The notes under the pieces: generated by a model
Database searches by the model: none
Told to the model about the DNA's origin: nothing
The model's input: the letters and a program-made list of their open reading frames with translations, nothing else
Made by a program: the position numbers and the translations under genes
Shown: one piece after another, positions 51,678-64,000 of the stretch
How the letters are laid out: each line of letters starts with the position of its first letter
How positions within the stretch are numbered: position 1 is the stretch's first letter
Assembly (NCBI GenBank): GCA_000320545.1
Contig: ADNK01003302.1
Location: 1 to 64,000 of the forward strand
DNA length: 64,000 bases
From: Bigelowiella natans CCMP2755
Taxonomy: Eukaryota; Protista; Cercozoa
Direction of reading: 5' to 3'

Positions 51678-52306
51678 TCTCGCTATTATGATCTTCGTTT
51701 CGGCTTGATCGCAAAGGCGAGGGCTAACTACGAGCTCGTACACACCACGAGCTGTCCACACATGCCGGAAATTCAAAATAGAGATAAGAAGAAATCAGAA
51801 CTTCGTTGTACAAAAAGAATAACGAGAGCATTCATTTTGATAAAAAAAACCCATTTGTACCCTTGTCTTTCACTAAAATAAATCAATGTTTCTACCATAC
51901 GTGTGACATAGTTTCAAATTATTTGTGTATATTGTAACTGGAAATTCATCGGATTTCGACGATGCGTGTTGGCAACGATTATCGAATGCCTTCAGATATA
52001 TTCCGCATGAAATATTACCCAGATTATAATTTCTGATGATACTCAGCCGACACCCCAGCATGACGACGACGATCTAGTCCCTTTTCTGGAGATATTCTGG
52101 GTGTGAGTTTGTTTATTCGCATGTGCATGTGTGCATGTGTGCGTGGTGCGTGTGTGTGTGTGTGTTGATAGAATATTCTGATCGAAATCTAGATGTTATC
52201 TCGATAAATAATTATCTAAGATACTCGCAAGCTGTCACAACTCTTGTTCTATCGCACCAGTGGGCTTGCGGGACCCCCCCCCGCACACTTACTATTATAG
52301 CATATC

Positions 52307-52826
52307 ATGCTTCTTAGGGATCTTCTCAAGAACCTGGAGACACCCACTCCCAAAGGTGGGAAGGATAGTAGAGCTGTGCTTGGATGCTGGGGTGTGAACC
52401 GGTGGCAGGGGCATGCTGAACACAATCAAAGCCAGAACTTTCACTCATTCTGCATTGTTTTTCAGATTTGGACCCAGAGGATGATGCCTTTGGGAATCAA
52501 GGGGCAAAGCTTGTGGACGCAGGGGATGATCTTTACAAAGGCATTGAAGATATGACGTAAGTGATGTTCCTTTGAGTTTATTAGCTTCTTACTTGTTTCA
52601 TCCTCCTCATAGGCAAAGGAGTAAACTGCGCTCTCGAGTACAGCATAAAATAGGCTCGTCCTATGCAGGCAAGGTTGTGTCACGTTCTAGCCTAATGAAT
52701 GATGATGAAGATGATGGGGAGGCGGAGGAAAGCGATGAAGATGACGCAGAATTTGACAAGCTAGCGTTGAAATCTCGCAGTAAAGGTGTATCCTTTGCTG
52801 AGGAACCTGATGAAGTCCACGAGTAC

Positions 52827-52858
<32 letters not shown>

Positions 52859-54026
52859 CAGGGATGATGATGAAGATATTCAAGATCAGGATCAAACTGT
52901 TATCAGTCAAGATCGAATTGCTGCAAATCTTGAGTCCGAGTTAAAACGTGTACAAAGAGATGAGAAAGCCTTCATTTTAGAACAGACGAAGGGACGCTAC
53001 AAGAAGGCGCGGGCAGTTAAGATCCAACATAGAATTTGGGAAAACAGTTTGAAAACTCGCATCCGACTTCAAGCTCCCCTAAAGATTGCACACAGGCTTC
53101 CGTATCATGATCTCTACACTGAGTTCAGAAAAACATCTGCTAAGGTTGGACAAGCATTTGATGATGCGGCGGACCGCACTTTAGGAGTTCTGAGGTCTCT
53201 TATTGGGCTTCAGAATAAATTGCTGGAGAAATCAAATGTTTTTACAGCTAGAAATGAGGCCTTACCGTCTTCTCTTTCAACATCCTCTGTCACCTCAAGG
53301 AAGCGAAAAGCTGCGATGATCTTTAAAGAGGCAAGCAGCCTTTGGGAGTACACATCATGTTGTCGAAATTTCGAGGCTCACACCGATAATGCTGTTCGCA
53401 CGCTTGAACGTTGGAGCACCAAAACTAAGCTCGCAAGTGGCCAAGGACAACAACGTAAGTTTAAGGCTTTCGATCGTAGCATCTCAGACCAGGTGGAAGA
53501 TCTGCTACGAGATATGCCCAACTTAGTCAAAAGAACACAACTGCGAAGAATTGAGGGCTGCCGTCCCCTAGGTAGCAAGAAAGCAAGGAATAACGAAGAA
53601 TTGCAAGAGGAGACTATGGATGGGAAGGCTATGGTATATGATAAGGAAGTCTTTGATGACACCGATTTCTACCAGGAGATAATTCGTGATATTCTTGACT
53701 CGAACGAAGGGAGTGCGGCCCTCACCCTACGGCAGCGGGCAGCCAAGAAGGTAAAGAAAAAGAAGGATCGAAGAGCCAGCAAGGGAAGAAAAGTTAGATA
53801 TGTCAACATTCCGAAACTGACAAACTTCACGACTCCTAGGGGTGGGCTTGAAGAGGATTATCCACGGGACAGTCTCTTTAATAGTCTTTTTGGTCAACAG
53901 ATAATACCGATGACTACTCAAGTTTCATCGTCCGTTCTCCATGGGGAGGAACAACTAGAAGTATCGAATCCAACTAATATTGCTGATGCAACAAATGAAA
54001 TAGACATTGACATTCCAATCCTATAG
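52307..54026 (+). CDS. AATF: AATF/Bfr2 (SSU processome factor), 3 exons
   Basis: DLDPEDD, AVKIQHRIWENSLKTRIRLQ, LERWSTKT, FKAFDRSISDQV, VFDDTDFYQEII, DRRASKGRKVRY...PKLTNF, LFNSLFG. Confidence 0.93.
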
Positions 54027-55058
54027 TTGACAATGCTATTAGCCAGAGCATATCAGGAGTGTAGGTATAGAGGCATGTCATGTAGCATCATGCGCTTATA
54101 GCATGCATGCGTTTCATATTAGTGAAACATGACAGTTCATCAAAAGGCAAATAATGTGATACAATAGTGGCGATTGCGCCATTCGGAACTCGCAATGGCA
54201 ACCCGTTGTTCTAGTGTTCTAGTGTTGGCGCCTGACGTCGTAAATAGCTTGGCGACAGTCCCACGCCTGCTTGTGGTTGCATGCTCCGCTCTATAGGCTC
54301 TTCATATCTTTGTAGCACAACATCAGCTGCTTGTTGCGATTCTAAGTGAGTATTATACTAAAGCTAGAAAGAGGCAAAAAGCAAGCCTGGCGCTATTCAT
54401 CAGACGTAGACTACCTAACACCATGCTAGCATGTGGTGTCATTCATTAGTGCAGCATATGCAGCTGGTCGTGTCCAGCGCGTATATATATGCACAGCTGA
54501 ACTCTTTGTGCACATCTATATAGCCAATAAGACTATAGAGCGTACCGGGTCAAAAGCACACATGCTGCATGTTCCCTGAGACATACATGGTTAAAAAACA
54601 TATGTACTGAGGGACACGTGTGGGTAAAATATCTGCGCAAATTTACCATGTACAGGAAAGAACATGTGTATGGAACTACATTTGTTCACACGTGCGTACG
54701 CTATATAGCCAATAAGGCTATAGACATCTACTGCATGTTCTGCTAGTACGCACAGCCTAGGCTATGCCATACGCATCGTGTGCCCAGTACGCATGTGCTG
54801 AAATGGAAAGTCGGACGTCATCATCGATCGCCTTCGATACGATCCGCATGTTGTACCATGCGCAGCGTGCACTACAGCACGACAAAAGTAGTAGGCAGAG
54901 CGACGCGCGATGGCAATAACGACCCGCGCATGATGAGTTGATATGCATTTTTGGATCGGAGGAGAGTTCCAGAGATTGCCAGGAAGGACAACCTTGTAAT
55001 TGTCAACCAATTACATCTGTTGGCATTTGTGCTCTGTGCTGTGGGCGCTACATGCACA

Positions 55059-55108
55059 TCTGTTGCCATCGTGAATGTCACTGAAAGCACTTTCAAGGTA
55101 GTAGTTGC

Positions 55109-55146
<38 letters not shown>

Positions 55147-55259
55147 TAGAAGGGGTAGTAGTAGTAGTGGTGCAAGGGATAGCAGTAGCTAAAAGGAGCA
55201 TTGATCAACACTGCTAGACTGCTTCTACATTGACCTATTCTATCCTACTATCGTTGTTT
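55059..55259 (+). repeat. Inverted partial duplicate of 57682-57860 (UFSP2 exon end plus intron start)
   Basis: Colinear alignment with the reverse complement of 57682-57860, including the (GTA)n tract. Confidence 0.9.
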
Positions 55260-55315
55260 GTCGTGAATGGTATATGTGCAGTATACACACACACACACAC
55301 ACACAAACACACACA

Positions 55316-55355
<40 letters not shown>

Positions 55356-55471
55356 CATGCACATAAGAGCAGAGACAAATAGACACAACATTACTGCTGT
55401 AGCCGCTGCTTTGCATAGCTACGTTAGGATGACTATAAAAAAAAAAATTAATCACTTCATTACATCCGGTT

Positions 55472-55512
<41 letters not shown>

Positions 55513-55645
55513 TATATATATATATATATATTATTTATACGTAACATGTCAGACTAGGCATCTAGATTGAATAGAGTAGTGAGCACGGCCTAGGTACGAG
55601 TAGATACCTCCAGGTGTCTTCATAAATTTAAACATGACAATACAT

Positions 55646-57428
55646 TTATATTACTCTGGGTCTTTGTGGTAACAAAAAGTTATAGAAATTATCTGCTTTG
55701 AACACGTCACTGGCGTCCTTCCAGCCGCACCAACCATTTTTTAGTATCTTTGAAACATTATCATCGCTTCCGGTGTAATGAGGGTCAAGGATAAGATATT
55801 TGCTCTTCTTCTCAGTGACATTCCAGTCAATTCCCAAAAGGCCATATGCAAGGTGTCCACCTCCTATCATCACTGGTGTGCCTTCACTTTTGAAATGCTT
55901 GTAAATGTCTCTAGCTTTGCTGCTCACGTCCGCGCCCGAAGGTACATGTAGAATTCTTGATTCAATACAATATCGGTGCTGTAGAACCATTTGTAGCTCT
56001 ACTGCGCCTATCCATTGTTTTGAACCCACTATCGATGACGACGACGACTGTGAAGATGAAGAGCTACATGCGACCAAATCTTGCTGTATCGTCCTGTGAC
56101 TTGGGACTGGAAGGTTTGTATAACTTGATGATAGTATTGGTTGCCACAACAAATACACACACATTGATGTTAAAGAATGGTTTAGATACATTGACTGGGA
56201 AAAACCGATAGGTGGTTACATCAATCGAGATATATTCAATGACAATCTAAGAGCAGCTCCAGCTGATGTTGCTCTATCGTTATCATGTCACACCGGCACA
56301 TACTTGCGGTTGGAATGTATTAGATATCAATGACACCAATAACATTATCAGAATAGCATAAATTCCTCCTAGCCCATTATCCATGTGACGTTCTATACTT
56401 TCACTCTCCACAGACACAACACCCGTGTACAAGAACGGAAAAAAAAATGGATTTTGATTTGGCACTAAAATACTACCCCTGAAGATGAAGCCAAGAACAA
56501 ATCGTTTGAAATGTTCGATACGCGCAACCCCAACCTTTATCGTCGAAGGAATCCTGATAATAATCGATACAGAGAAGTGTGAGGAAAGATGATTTGGATT
56601 ATACATAAGAAGCAGAAGAGGCCGGGATAGAGGAGGAGGAGGAGGAGGAGGAGGAGGAGGAGGAGATGGAATTGTTGTTAATTAATCATGTTTATGAGCA
56701 GAGCTGCTACTTCGTACTTAATAAAAGGCCATTGGCAAGCCTCATCTCAGGTCGGCGTAAAGGGGGGCAAGAGCCATGTGCGGCAGCAGCAGCAGCAGCA
56801 GCAGCAGTTATAGCAGTAAGTTAGTAAGTTTACCAACCAACCTGCATATAATGGCAGTAAAGGTAATCTCCTTCTACTACTGAGGAGAAAGACGAAGAGT
56901 AAGAAGACTGCCGCGGTTTAAGATATTTGTGGATGTTCCGCAGTTTCTCGATAGTGTACTTTTCCCCTGTTCGCTGCTTTATTTCTTCCCTCCCTCCTCC
57001 TCCTCCTCCTCCTCGTCCTCTTTTGAACGGCACGATATTGTTTAGACGTAGAAGCGGTCGATCCAAAGGTAGCTGCAGTGCAATATGGTATTTCTTGCGT
57101 AGCTGGACCTACGTAGTTTTCAACATTATTTATTATTCGTTATTATTGTTGTTTGCTTTCATATGAATCATCAGGAAGTTGTGAGGTTGTTTCTGAAAAG
57201 TTTCAAAAGAGAGCTAGAACACACAGAGTTGTGATTCAAACCAGATTCGCGTCATATTTGTCGTAGATGCTTGCTTTCTTATTGAGATTGAAACTAATTT
57301 TGTCGTCATCGTCATGGTCATAGTGACGATCATTCAGCTCTAACGGAATCGGCAACATGAGGCAAATCGGATATGAAATCCGCGGTGGTTGGAATATAGC
57401 CCAGCATGATGACGACGACGACGATGAC

Positions 57429-57461
<33 letters not shown>

Positions 57462-58975
57462 AGAGATGCTGCTTGAGTTTTTGCTGACGATAAGGCGGTT
57501 GTGCAAGCAACGGCATATTTGGAAGTAGTATGAGAAGCAGAATAATCATTATCCCACCTCTGCTTAATTTTGGAAAGTTGGGATTGCACCTTCGATATTA
57601 GGAGCTGCATTGCTTCCTAATTGATTTAAAAGTACGGGATTCGCCATTATTACAGGGATTCTTGTTAGCGCCTTAGTGATGAAAACAACGATGGTAGGAT
57701 AGAATGGGTCAATGTAGAAGCAATGTTCATCAATGCTCCTGTTAGCTACTGCTACCCCTTCCACCACCACCACCACCACCACTACTACTACTACTACTAC
57801 CCCTTCTACCACTGCTACTACCTTGAAAGTACTTTCAGTGATATTCACGATAGCAACAGAATCTACTTGAATGCAAATAGTTTGTGCTGCTGGTAATAAG
57901 AACAGAGACTCAGCCGTTTTAATGTCATCGGAATACACGATTCCGTCATCATTAACGAGGCTCAACGTTGGTGCAGCTGCTTTTGTACTCCCTGCTGATG
58001 ACTCCGCCGCTGCATGGGGTTCATCGTTTCTGTGAGCACTACAAGTTCTAGCTGCAGAATTAACAGTAGCTAGCTCCACCCCCACCAATCGAAGTACGTC
58101 TCCACGTGCTGATGAAGATGAAGATGAAGATGAAGATGATGATGATGATGATGGTGATGATGATGGCGATAGAAATTTGGCTCCTATTGAAGTTCTGCTA
58201 CCGTCTCCAAATCCCCCTTTTCCCAGCGCATTCGTCGCTGTTATAGGAGTCATAGCCTTCATCTTGACGAGAAAGCTCTTCCAATTCTCTTCCGACGATA
58301 GTAGTATTCCTTCCTCTTCTTCTCCTTCTTCATTATCTTCTCCTTGTTGTAGGACCTTTTGTTGATTGTGATCTACGATATACATGAACTCGGAATGGGC
58401 AAACTCTGCTGCATACTTGTTAATTTCGCTGTTGAAGCTTGTGCTCTTGATGCGCCGTGTAACACACGTGCGAATTCCGATGTAATTGTTCAGAGGACAT
58501 TTGGTTTCTTCAGTGTAATCGATCTGCATACGTATTTGCCCGTGTGTGTATATTGGTATGGATGCATTGTTGCTGCAGAGAACACGTTTGATATATCTTC
58601 AAATTTACATACCGCTTTGCCATCCAAAAAGAACCCAAGCGATTTTTCCTCTCGATCGATAACACACATAACTTGTTCACTGTTTCTTGTTGAAGATGTA
58701 TCCATAGCGCGAGATGACGTGGAAGTAATAGAGGACGATATTCCATCGGCCTCGGCATGGCTATTTGACGCTGACCTGTAAATTCCGATTACTTTGAAAC
58801 CCTCTGGAAGGATATCGAGGGGGTTCTTCAGTGAATAGAATTGCTTCTGATGTTTCTGAGAAGTGCGACTAGCTACAATAGCATCAACAACACTCGAATC
58901 TACACCAATGAGCCATCCGCTCTCCCCCGCTTTGTCATTCAGCAGACGGTCTTTCGCCACTCTCCACACCCGCAT
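55646..58975 (-). CDS. UFSP2: Ufm1-specific protease 2 (peptidase C78), multi-exon
   Basis: [31 protein letters not shown] (catalytic Cys box), [44 protein letters not shown]. Confidence 0.93.
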
Positions 58976-60031
58976 CTTGTGGATGCTTCCGGAAAGTAGT
59001 CTTCAGTACCACCAGCTCTTCTTCCTTTTACCTTCTGTGGCAACCCTCACGACGGCTTTCGACTTTTGCCCCCCGCCACCTGCTGCATGCGAGTCAAGAA
59101 GATCTACGAGCACACAAGCAACAGCCCGAACGAACAAAATCCGAACTTGAGGATTCTTGAAATTCTATCGGTAGTAACAACCATACCGTTAGTAACGGGG
59201 GTATTTGTTGCCTTCTTGCTCTTGTGGAGCTACCTCTTCTCTTGCTCTTGAGGAAAGGATCTTTGGGTGTACATAAGTCTTCTGTGGATGACAGTTGGCA
59301 ACAGGCTAGTCTCCGCTTAATTTTTATCTACGACATATTTTAACATTAGAATATAACTTAAAATCTCATTCGTTTTGTCCCCTACGTCAAGAAGAAGCCC
59401 GTAAGAGTTCGCAAATACAAAACTCTCTTTCTATTTGTCCAACCGAGAAGAATATCCATTAAAATAAGGCCATTATATTAAATATGCTATATACTAATGA
59501 AGATTCTCAATGATTAATTTATTTTTATATTTGTTGAAATAAATATGTAAAATGAGATAAAATGGAATAGAATATTATTGATTTGATCTGTATTCTTTCA
59601 CATATAGAAATTAGAAGAAACATTATAGTTTGAATTTATGTAGCAGAATATAATTTCTTCCTGTGGTCCTTCAATCTTACCTATTTAAGAGCCATATATA
59701 TGCATTAATTTGACTGTTAAATATAAAATACAATTTGAATTCGTTCTACGACTTACAAGAATGATACGAATAGGGAAAAAATAAATGTTTTTACGAAGAA
59801 TAATAATTAAAATAGGTTTAATCGTGTGCGAAGTTCACTATTTAATAAGCCTTTCATTGGCTACCCTGCCACGCAAATCCAGCTCGAAGCCGGTCTATTG
59901 CCTGGTTTTAGGTTTTACCCCGGTCAGCAACAGGCTGTGTGGTGAGAAGAGTTTCTGTAGTATCCAGCGTGCCTACCAAGAAGCGCAAGAAGTCGTCGTC
60001 TGTCAGGCATACCTTCGAAAGAGAGTGCGCG

Positions 60032-63000
60032 ATGCCTGATCAACAAGCTTCGCACTACATGGCTATCAATGAGCCCCTTCGCCCGAAGGCTCGCTCCTCT
60101 TCGGCATCTTCGTCTTGGGCGAATTTCTTTTTTAAGTCTTGTCGAGCCACAACAGCAGTGATGTTCGTGGGTACCATAGTTGCCCTTGCATGCTTCGGGA
60201 TCTCTTCCAAATTGGTAAGTGGCAAGAATTTTTCTCCCATGCCAAAGCTCTCTTGTATCTATGACCCTTTATATATGGAAATTTTGCTGAATAAGGGTGT
60301 CGGTGGTGCAGTTATCTACTACCTCCTTAGTACATTCATTTAAAGTGATCGGACACATCCACATATTACACATACGTACGTATCTATTATTAGCACCCAT
60401 TCTTACCAACAGCACACATTCGAAGTTCTTCGAGAATGAAGAAGGCATATCGATTCACACTTGTGTCATTTAGGGTCTTGGGGTAGCACCAAAAATGGCA
60501 GCACCATCTGTGAACATGCAGCTTCAGGCCCCACGATTCGCTGCTCCAACAATCACGAGTAGACAACAAGTACTAGCACGCAATAGAATGCCTATGGTTT
60601 TCGGCCGCAATATGCCCCAGCATTCCGGACGTAGCACTGTATCTCTCCCCAGAGCTTTTCAGCCAGCCACTACTGAGACTGATGTCAAGATGCCGTCAGC
60701 TGGAGGTATGTTCACGGCAACAAAGCCTGAGGAGCGTAGAATTCAGCCTCGAGATGAAAGGGGAAGGAAGAAGTTCAAGGTGGTATACGTAGTCCTCGAA
60801 TCTCAATACCAATCTTCGATGACTGAAGCTGTGAAAAGCATAAACAAGAATCAAGATGGAGTTTGCGTTGAATGCTCTGGATACCTGCTCGAGGAATTGC
60901 GTGATCCGGCCAACTTTGAGGCGTTCAAGAAAGACGTCCAAGACGCGAACGTGTTCATTGGATCGCTCATTTTCGTTCAAGATCTCGCTGAGAAGGTCGT
61001 TGAGGCTGTAAAGCCTGCTCGCGATAACATGGATGCATGTCTTATCTTCCCTTCCATGCCGGATGTCATGAAGCTCAACAAGCTTGGACAATTCTCTCTC
61101 GCCAGTCTTGGAGTCGGAAATGAGAAGGGAGGCGAAGAACCTGCTGCTGATGCTCCAAAGAAAAAGAACAGTGTTGTAAAAGATTTTTTCAAGGCTGCTA
61201 GTAAGGCTAGTCCTGCAACCTTCGAGGAGAACCTCTTGAAGCTCCTGCGTACACTGCCTACTGTCCTTAAATTCTTACCAGCTGGAATTGCTCAAGATGG
61301 TCGCTCTTTCCTTTTATCTCTTCAATACTGGCTGGGTGGCTCTGGTGACAACCTTGAGAACTTCCTCCTGATGATCGCAAACAAATATGTAGATGGTATC
61401 CAGGGAGCTGATCTCATCGATGAGAAGAAGATTGCTGCACCTGCTCTTATTGCAGAGAAAGGCATTTGGCATCCGCTAGCTCCGCAGGTGTTTGATAGCT
61501 CAGATGAATACCTCGAGTGGTACAATCGTGAGATGTGTCCTCTTAACGGCGTAGCTACTGATGCGCCAACCGTCGGTGTCATTCTTCAGAAATCGCATAT
61601 TAACACCAAAGACGAGGCGCATTACGTGTCTCTCTTCCAGGAGTTGGAATCGCGAGGTTCCCGTGTAGTACCCGTATACACGGGTTCGTTGGACTTTTCC
61701 ATCCCAGTTGAGCAGTACTTCTACAACAGACAGGGCAAATGCATTGTAGACAGTGTCATCAACCTCACCGGATTCGCAATGGTTGGAGGTCCAGCGACTC
61801 AAGATCACGATAGGGCGGTCGCTGTGCTGCAGAAGCTCAACCGGCCTTATCTTGTGTCAGTACCACTTGTCTTTCAGTCATTTGAAGAATGGGAGAAATC
61901 ACAGCTTGGCCTTCACCCAGTACAGACCGCCCTGCAGGTGTCTCTCCCCGAACTGGACGGAGCCATTGAGCCGATCATCTTCGCTGGACGTGATCCTGCC
62001 ACCGGTAAAATAATAATCAAGAACAGAATGAGGATCAGACAATATCATGCAGTGATCAACATCAACAAAAAACCATCGTATGCGAACATCTAAAATACCA
62101 TGCTCGATGAGATGCGAGAAATTCGGCCGCGGTTTTACTTCATCATTATCACTTTTATCATTAAATATATCTTTGTATTTTTGTAATATATGCGATTGAT
62201 ATCTTTTCCAATGTTCACGCTTTAAATTAGGCCGCTCTGTTCCAATGCAAGACCGTATCGAAATCCTTGCTGAGAGAGCTCAAAAGTGGGCGACACTTCG
62301 TGCTATTCCTAATGCAGAGAAGAAGCTCGCGATTACAATCTTCTCGTTCCCTCCTGATAAGGGGAATGTTGGTACAGCAGCTTACCTGAATGTGTTTGGT
62401 TCGATCCATGCTGTAATGAAAGAATTGAAACGAAAAGGATACGACGTCGAGGTTCCTGATACCGTTGAGGAGCTCATTGATGGTGTTCTCAAAGATAAAG
62501 AGGCAGAGATTGCATCTCCTGAACTGAACGTTGAGTACCGTATGTCCATGGACGAGTACAAGAAAAAGACTCCTTACGCAAAAGATCTTGAAGACAACTG
62601 GGGTCCTCCTCCAGGAAATCTCAACAGTGATGGAGAGAATCTCCTTGTCTACGGAAAGAAATTCGGAAATGTTTTCATCGGCGTGCAACCTAGCTTCGGT
62701 TACGAGGGCGACCCAATGCGTCTGCTGTTCGCTAAGAGTGCCAGCCCACACCACGGATTTGCCGCATACTACACTTACATCGAAAAAGTATTTGGTGCAA
62801 ACGCTGTCCTACACTTTGGAACACACGGATCGCTCGAATTCATGCCTGGAAAGCAAGTTGGGATGTCTGGAAAGTGCTATCCTGATCGCTTGATTCATGC
62901 GCTACCAAACATCTACTACTATGCAGCTAATAACCCTAGTGAGGCTACAATTGCAAAACGTCGTGGATATGCTTCCACGATTTCCTACTTAACCCCTCCT

Positions 63001-64000
63001 GCAGAGAATGCTGGCCTTTACAAGGGATTGAAAGAGCTTGGAGAGCTCGTAGGTTCTTATCAGGGACTCCGTGAGACTGGTCGAGGCCCAAGCATCGTTA
63101 ACTCTATCGTTGCGAGCGCACGACAATGCAACCTTGACAAGGATATCACGGATCTGCCTTTGGAGGAAGAAGATGCTAAAGAAATGGACCAAGATACCAG
63201 AGATAGAGTGGTGGGGAAGGTGTACAACCAACTCATGGAGATCGAGTCGAGACTACTACCTTGTGGACTTCACACCGTCGGTGTTCCCCCAACCGTTGAG
63301 GAGGCTGTCGCTACTCTGGTGAACATTGCATCTCTCGATCGACCTGAGGATGGCTTCAAGTCGCTTCCTCGCCTTGTTGCTGAGAGTGTTGGACGAGATA
63401 TTGAGGAGATTTATCGAAACTCTGACAATGGTGTACTCGAGGATGTGCAGTTGAGGCAGAACATAGTTGAGGCGACACGTGCAGCAGTACGTGCTGCTGC
63501 CATGCAGTCGGCTAACAAAGATGGTAGGATTGAAGAAGTAAATCCAATGGCCGTTCAGCTGCAGGGTCTAGTAGGCATCAAGTCACCTTGGCGGCAAGCT
63601 CTCAAGGATACAGGTTTTGACGTTTCGGAAGCTGAGCTCACTCCATTGTTCAAGTACCTCGGATTTTGCCTCGAGCAGGTAGTAGCAGATAATGAGCTGG
63701 GAGGTCTGATGAGCGCTCTTGATGGAGAATACATTCTCCCAGGGCCAGGAGGAGACCCTATCCGTAACCCAAAGGTCTTGCCAACGGGCAAGAACATGCA
63801 CGCCCTCGACCCTCAAGCAATTCCTACAAAGGCTGCCGTTGACTGCGCGAAAGTGGTTGTAGATAGGTTGCTTGACAGGCAAAAGCAGGATATGGGTGGT
63901 CAATACCCGGAATCTGTTGCTCTTACTCTCTGGGGAACCGATAATATTAAGACATACGGTGAATCTCTCGCACAGGTAATGTGGCTCGTAGGAGTCCAGC
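60032..64000 (+). CDS. chlH: Magnesium chelatase subunit H, nuclear-encoded, plastid-targeted; runs off the right edge
   Basis: Exons 60032-60214, 60474-62004 and 62231->64000 in compatible phase. [104 protein letters not shown]. Confidence 0.97.

Noticed and set aside
62227-63903. Several short ORFs listed in the track
   Set aside because: Shadow frames of chlH exon 3, which is open to the window end and so was not listed.
1-64000. tRNA, rRNA or other structured RNA genes; a locally encoded deaminase or methyltransferase
   Set aside because: None recognisable by eye; the putative mutator enzyme is not evident in this window.

Overview
Intron-rich eukaryotic nuclear DNA, most likely from an alga with a complex (secondary) plastid. 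The evidence is a nuclear chlH with a signal-anchor plus transit-peptide-like leader; a chlorarachniophyte such as Bigelowiella is an inference, not proven. Recognisable spliced genes are Ku80 (-), an importin-alpha-9/TMCO6-like ARM protein (+), syntaxin-16 (-), proteasome RPN1 (+), a spastizin/ZFYVE26-like protein with a C2 domain (-), AATF/Bfr2 (+), UFSP2 (-) and a 3'-truncated chlH (+), plus several hypothetical genes. The gene models alternate strictly in strand. The main finding is compositional. Two tracts (about 0.52-1.65 kb, containing a LINE-like relic, and about 3.6-10.7 kb, containing intronless orphan ORFs) have lost almost every TpA, apparently by TpA->TpG/CpA change. Tyr codons appear as His/Cys, TAA/TAG stops are nearly absent, and the few surviving TpAs sit mostly in CTAG or CTAC/GTAG. 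A weaker CTAG/GCATGC-rich version appears in every tail-to-tail intergenic region but not in the head-to-head promoters. This looks like a targeted A:T->G:C hypermutation process, an 'inverse RIP', and is a candidate genome-defence system. Exon boundaries were read by eye and are approximate.
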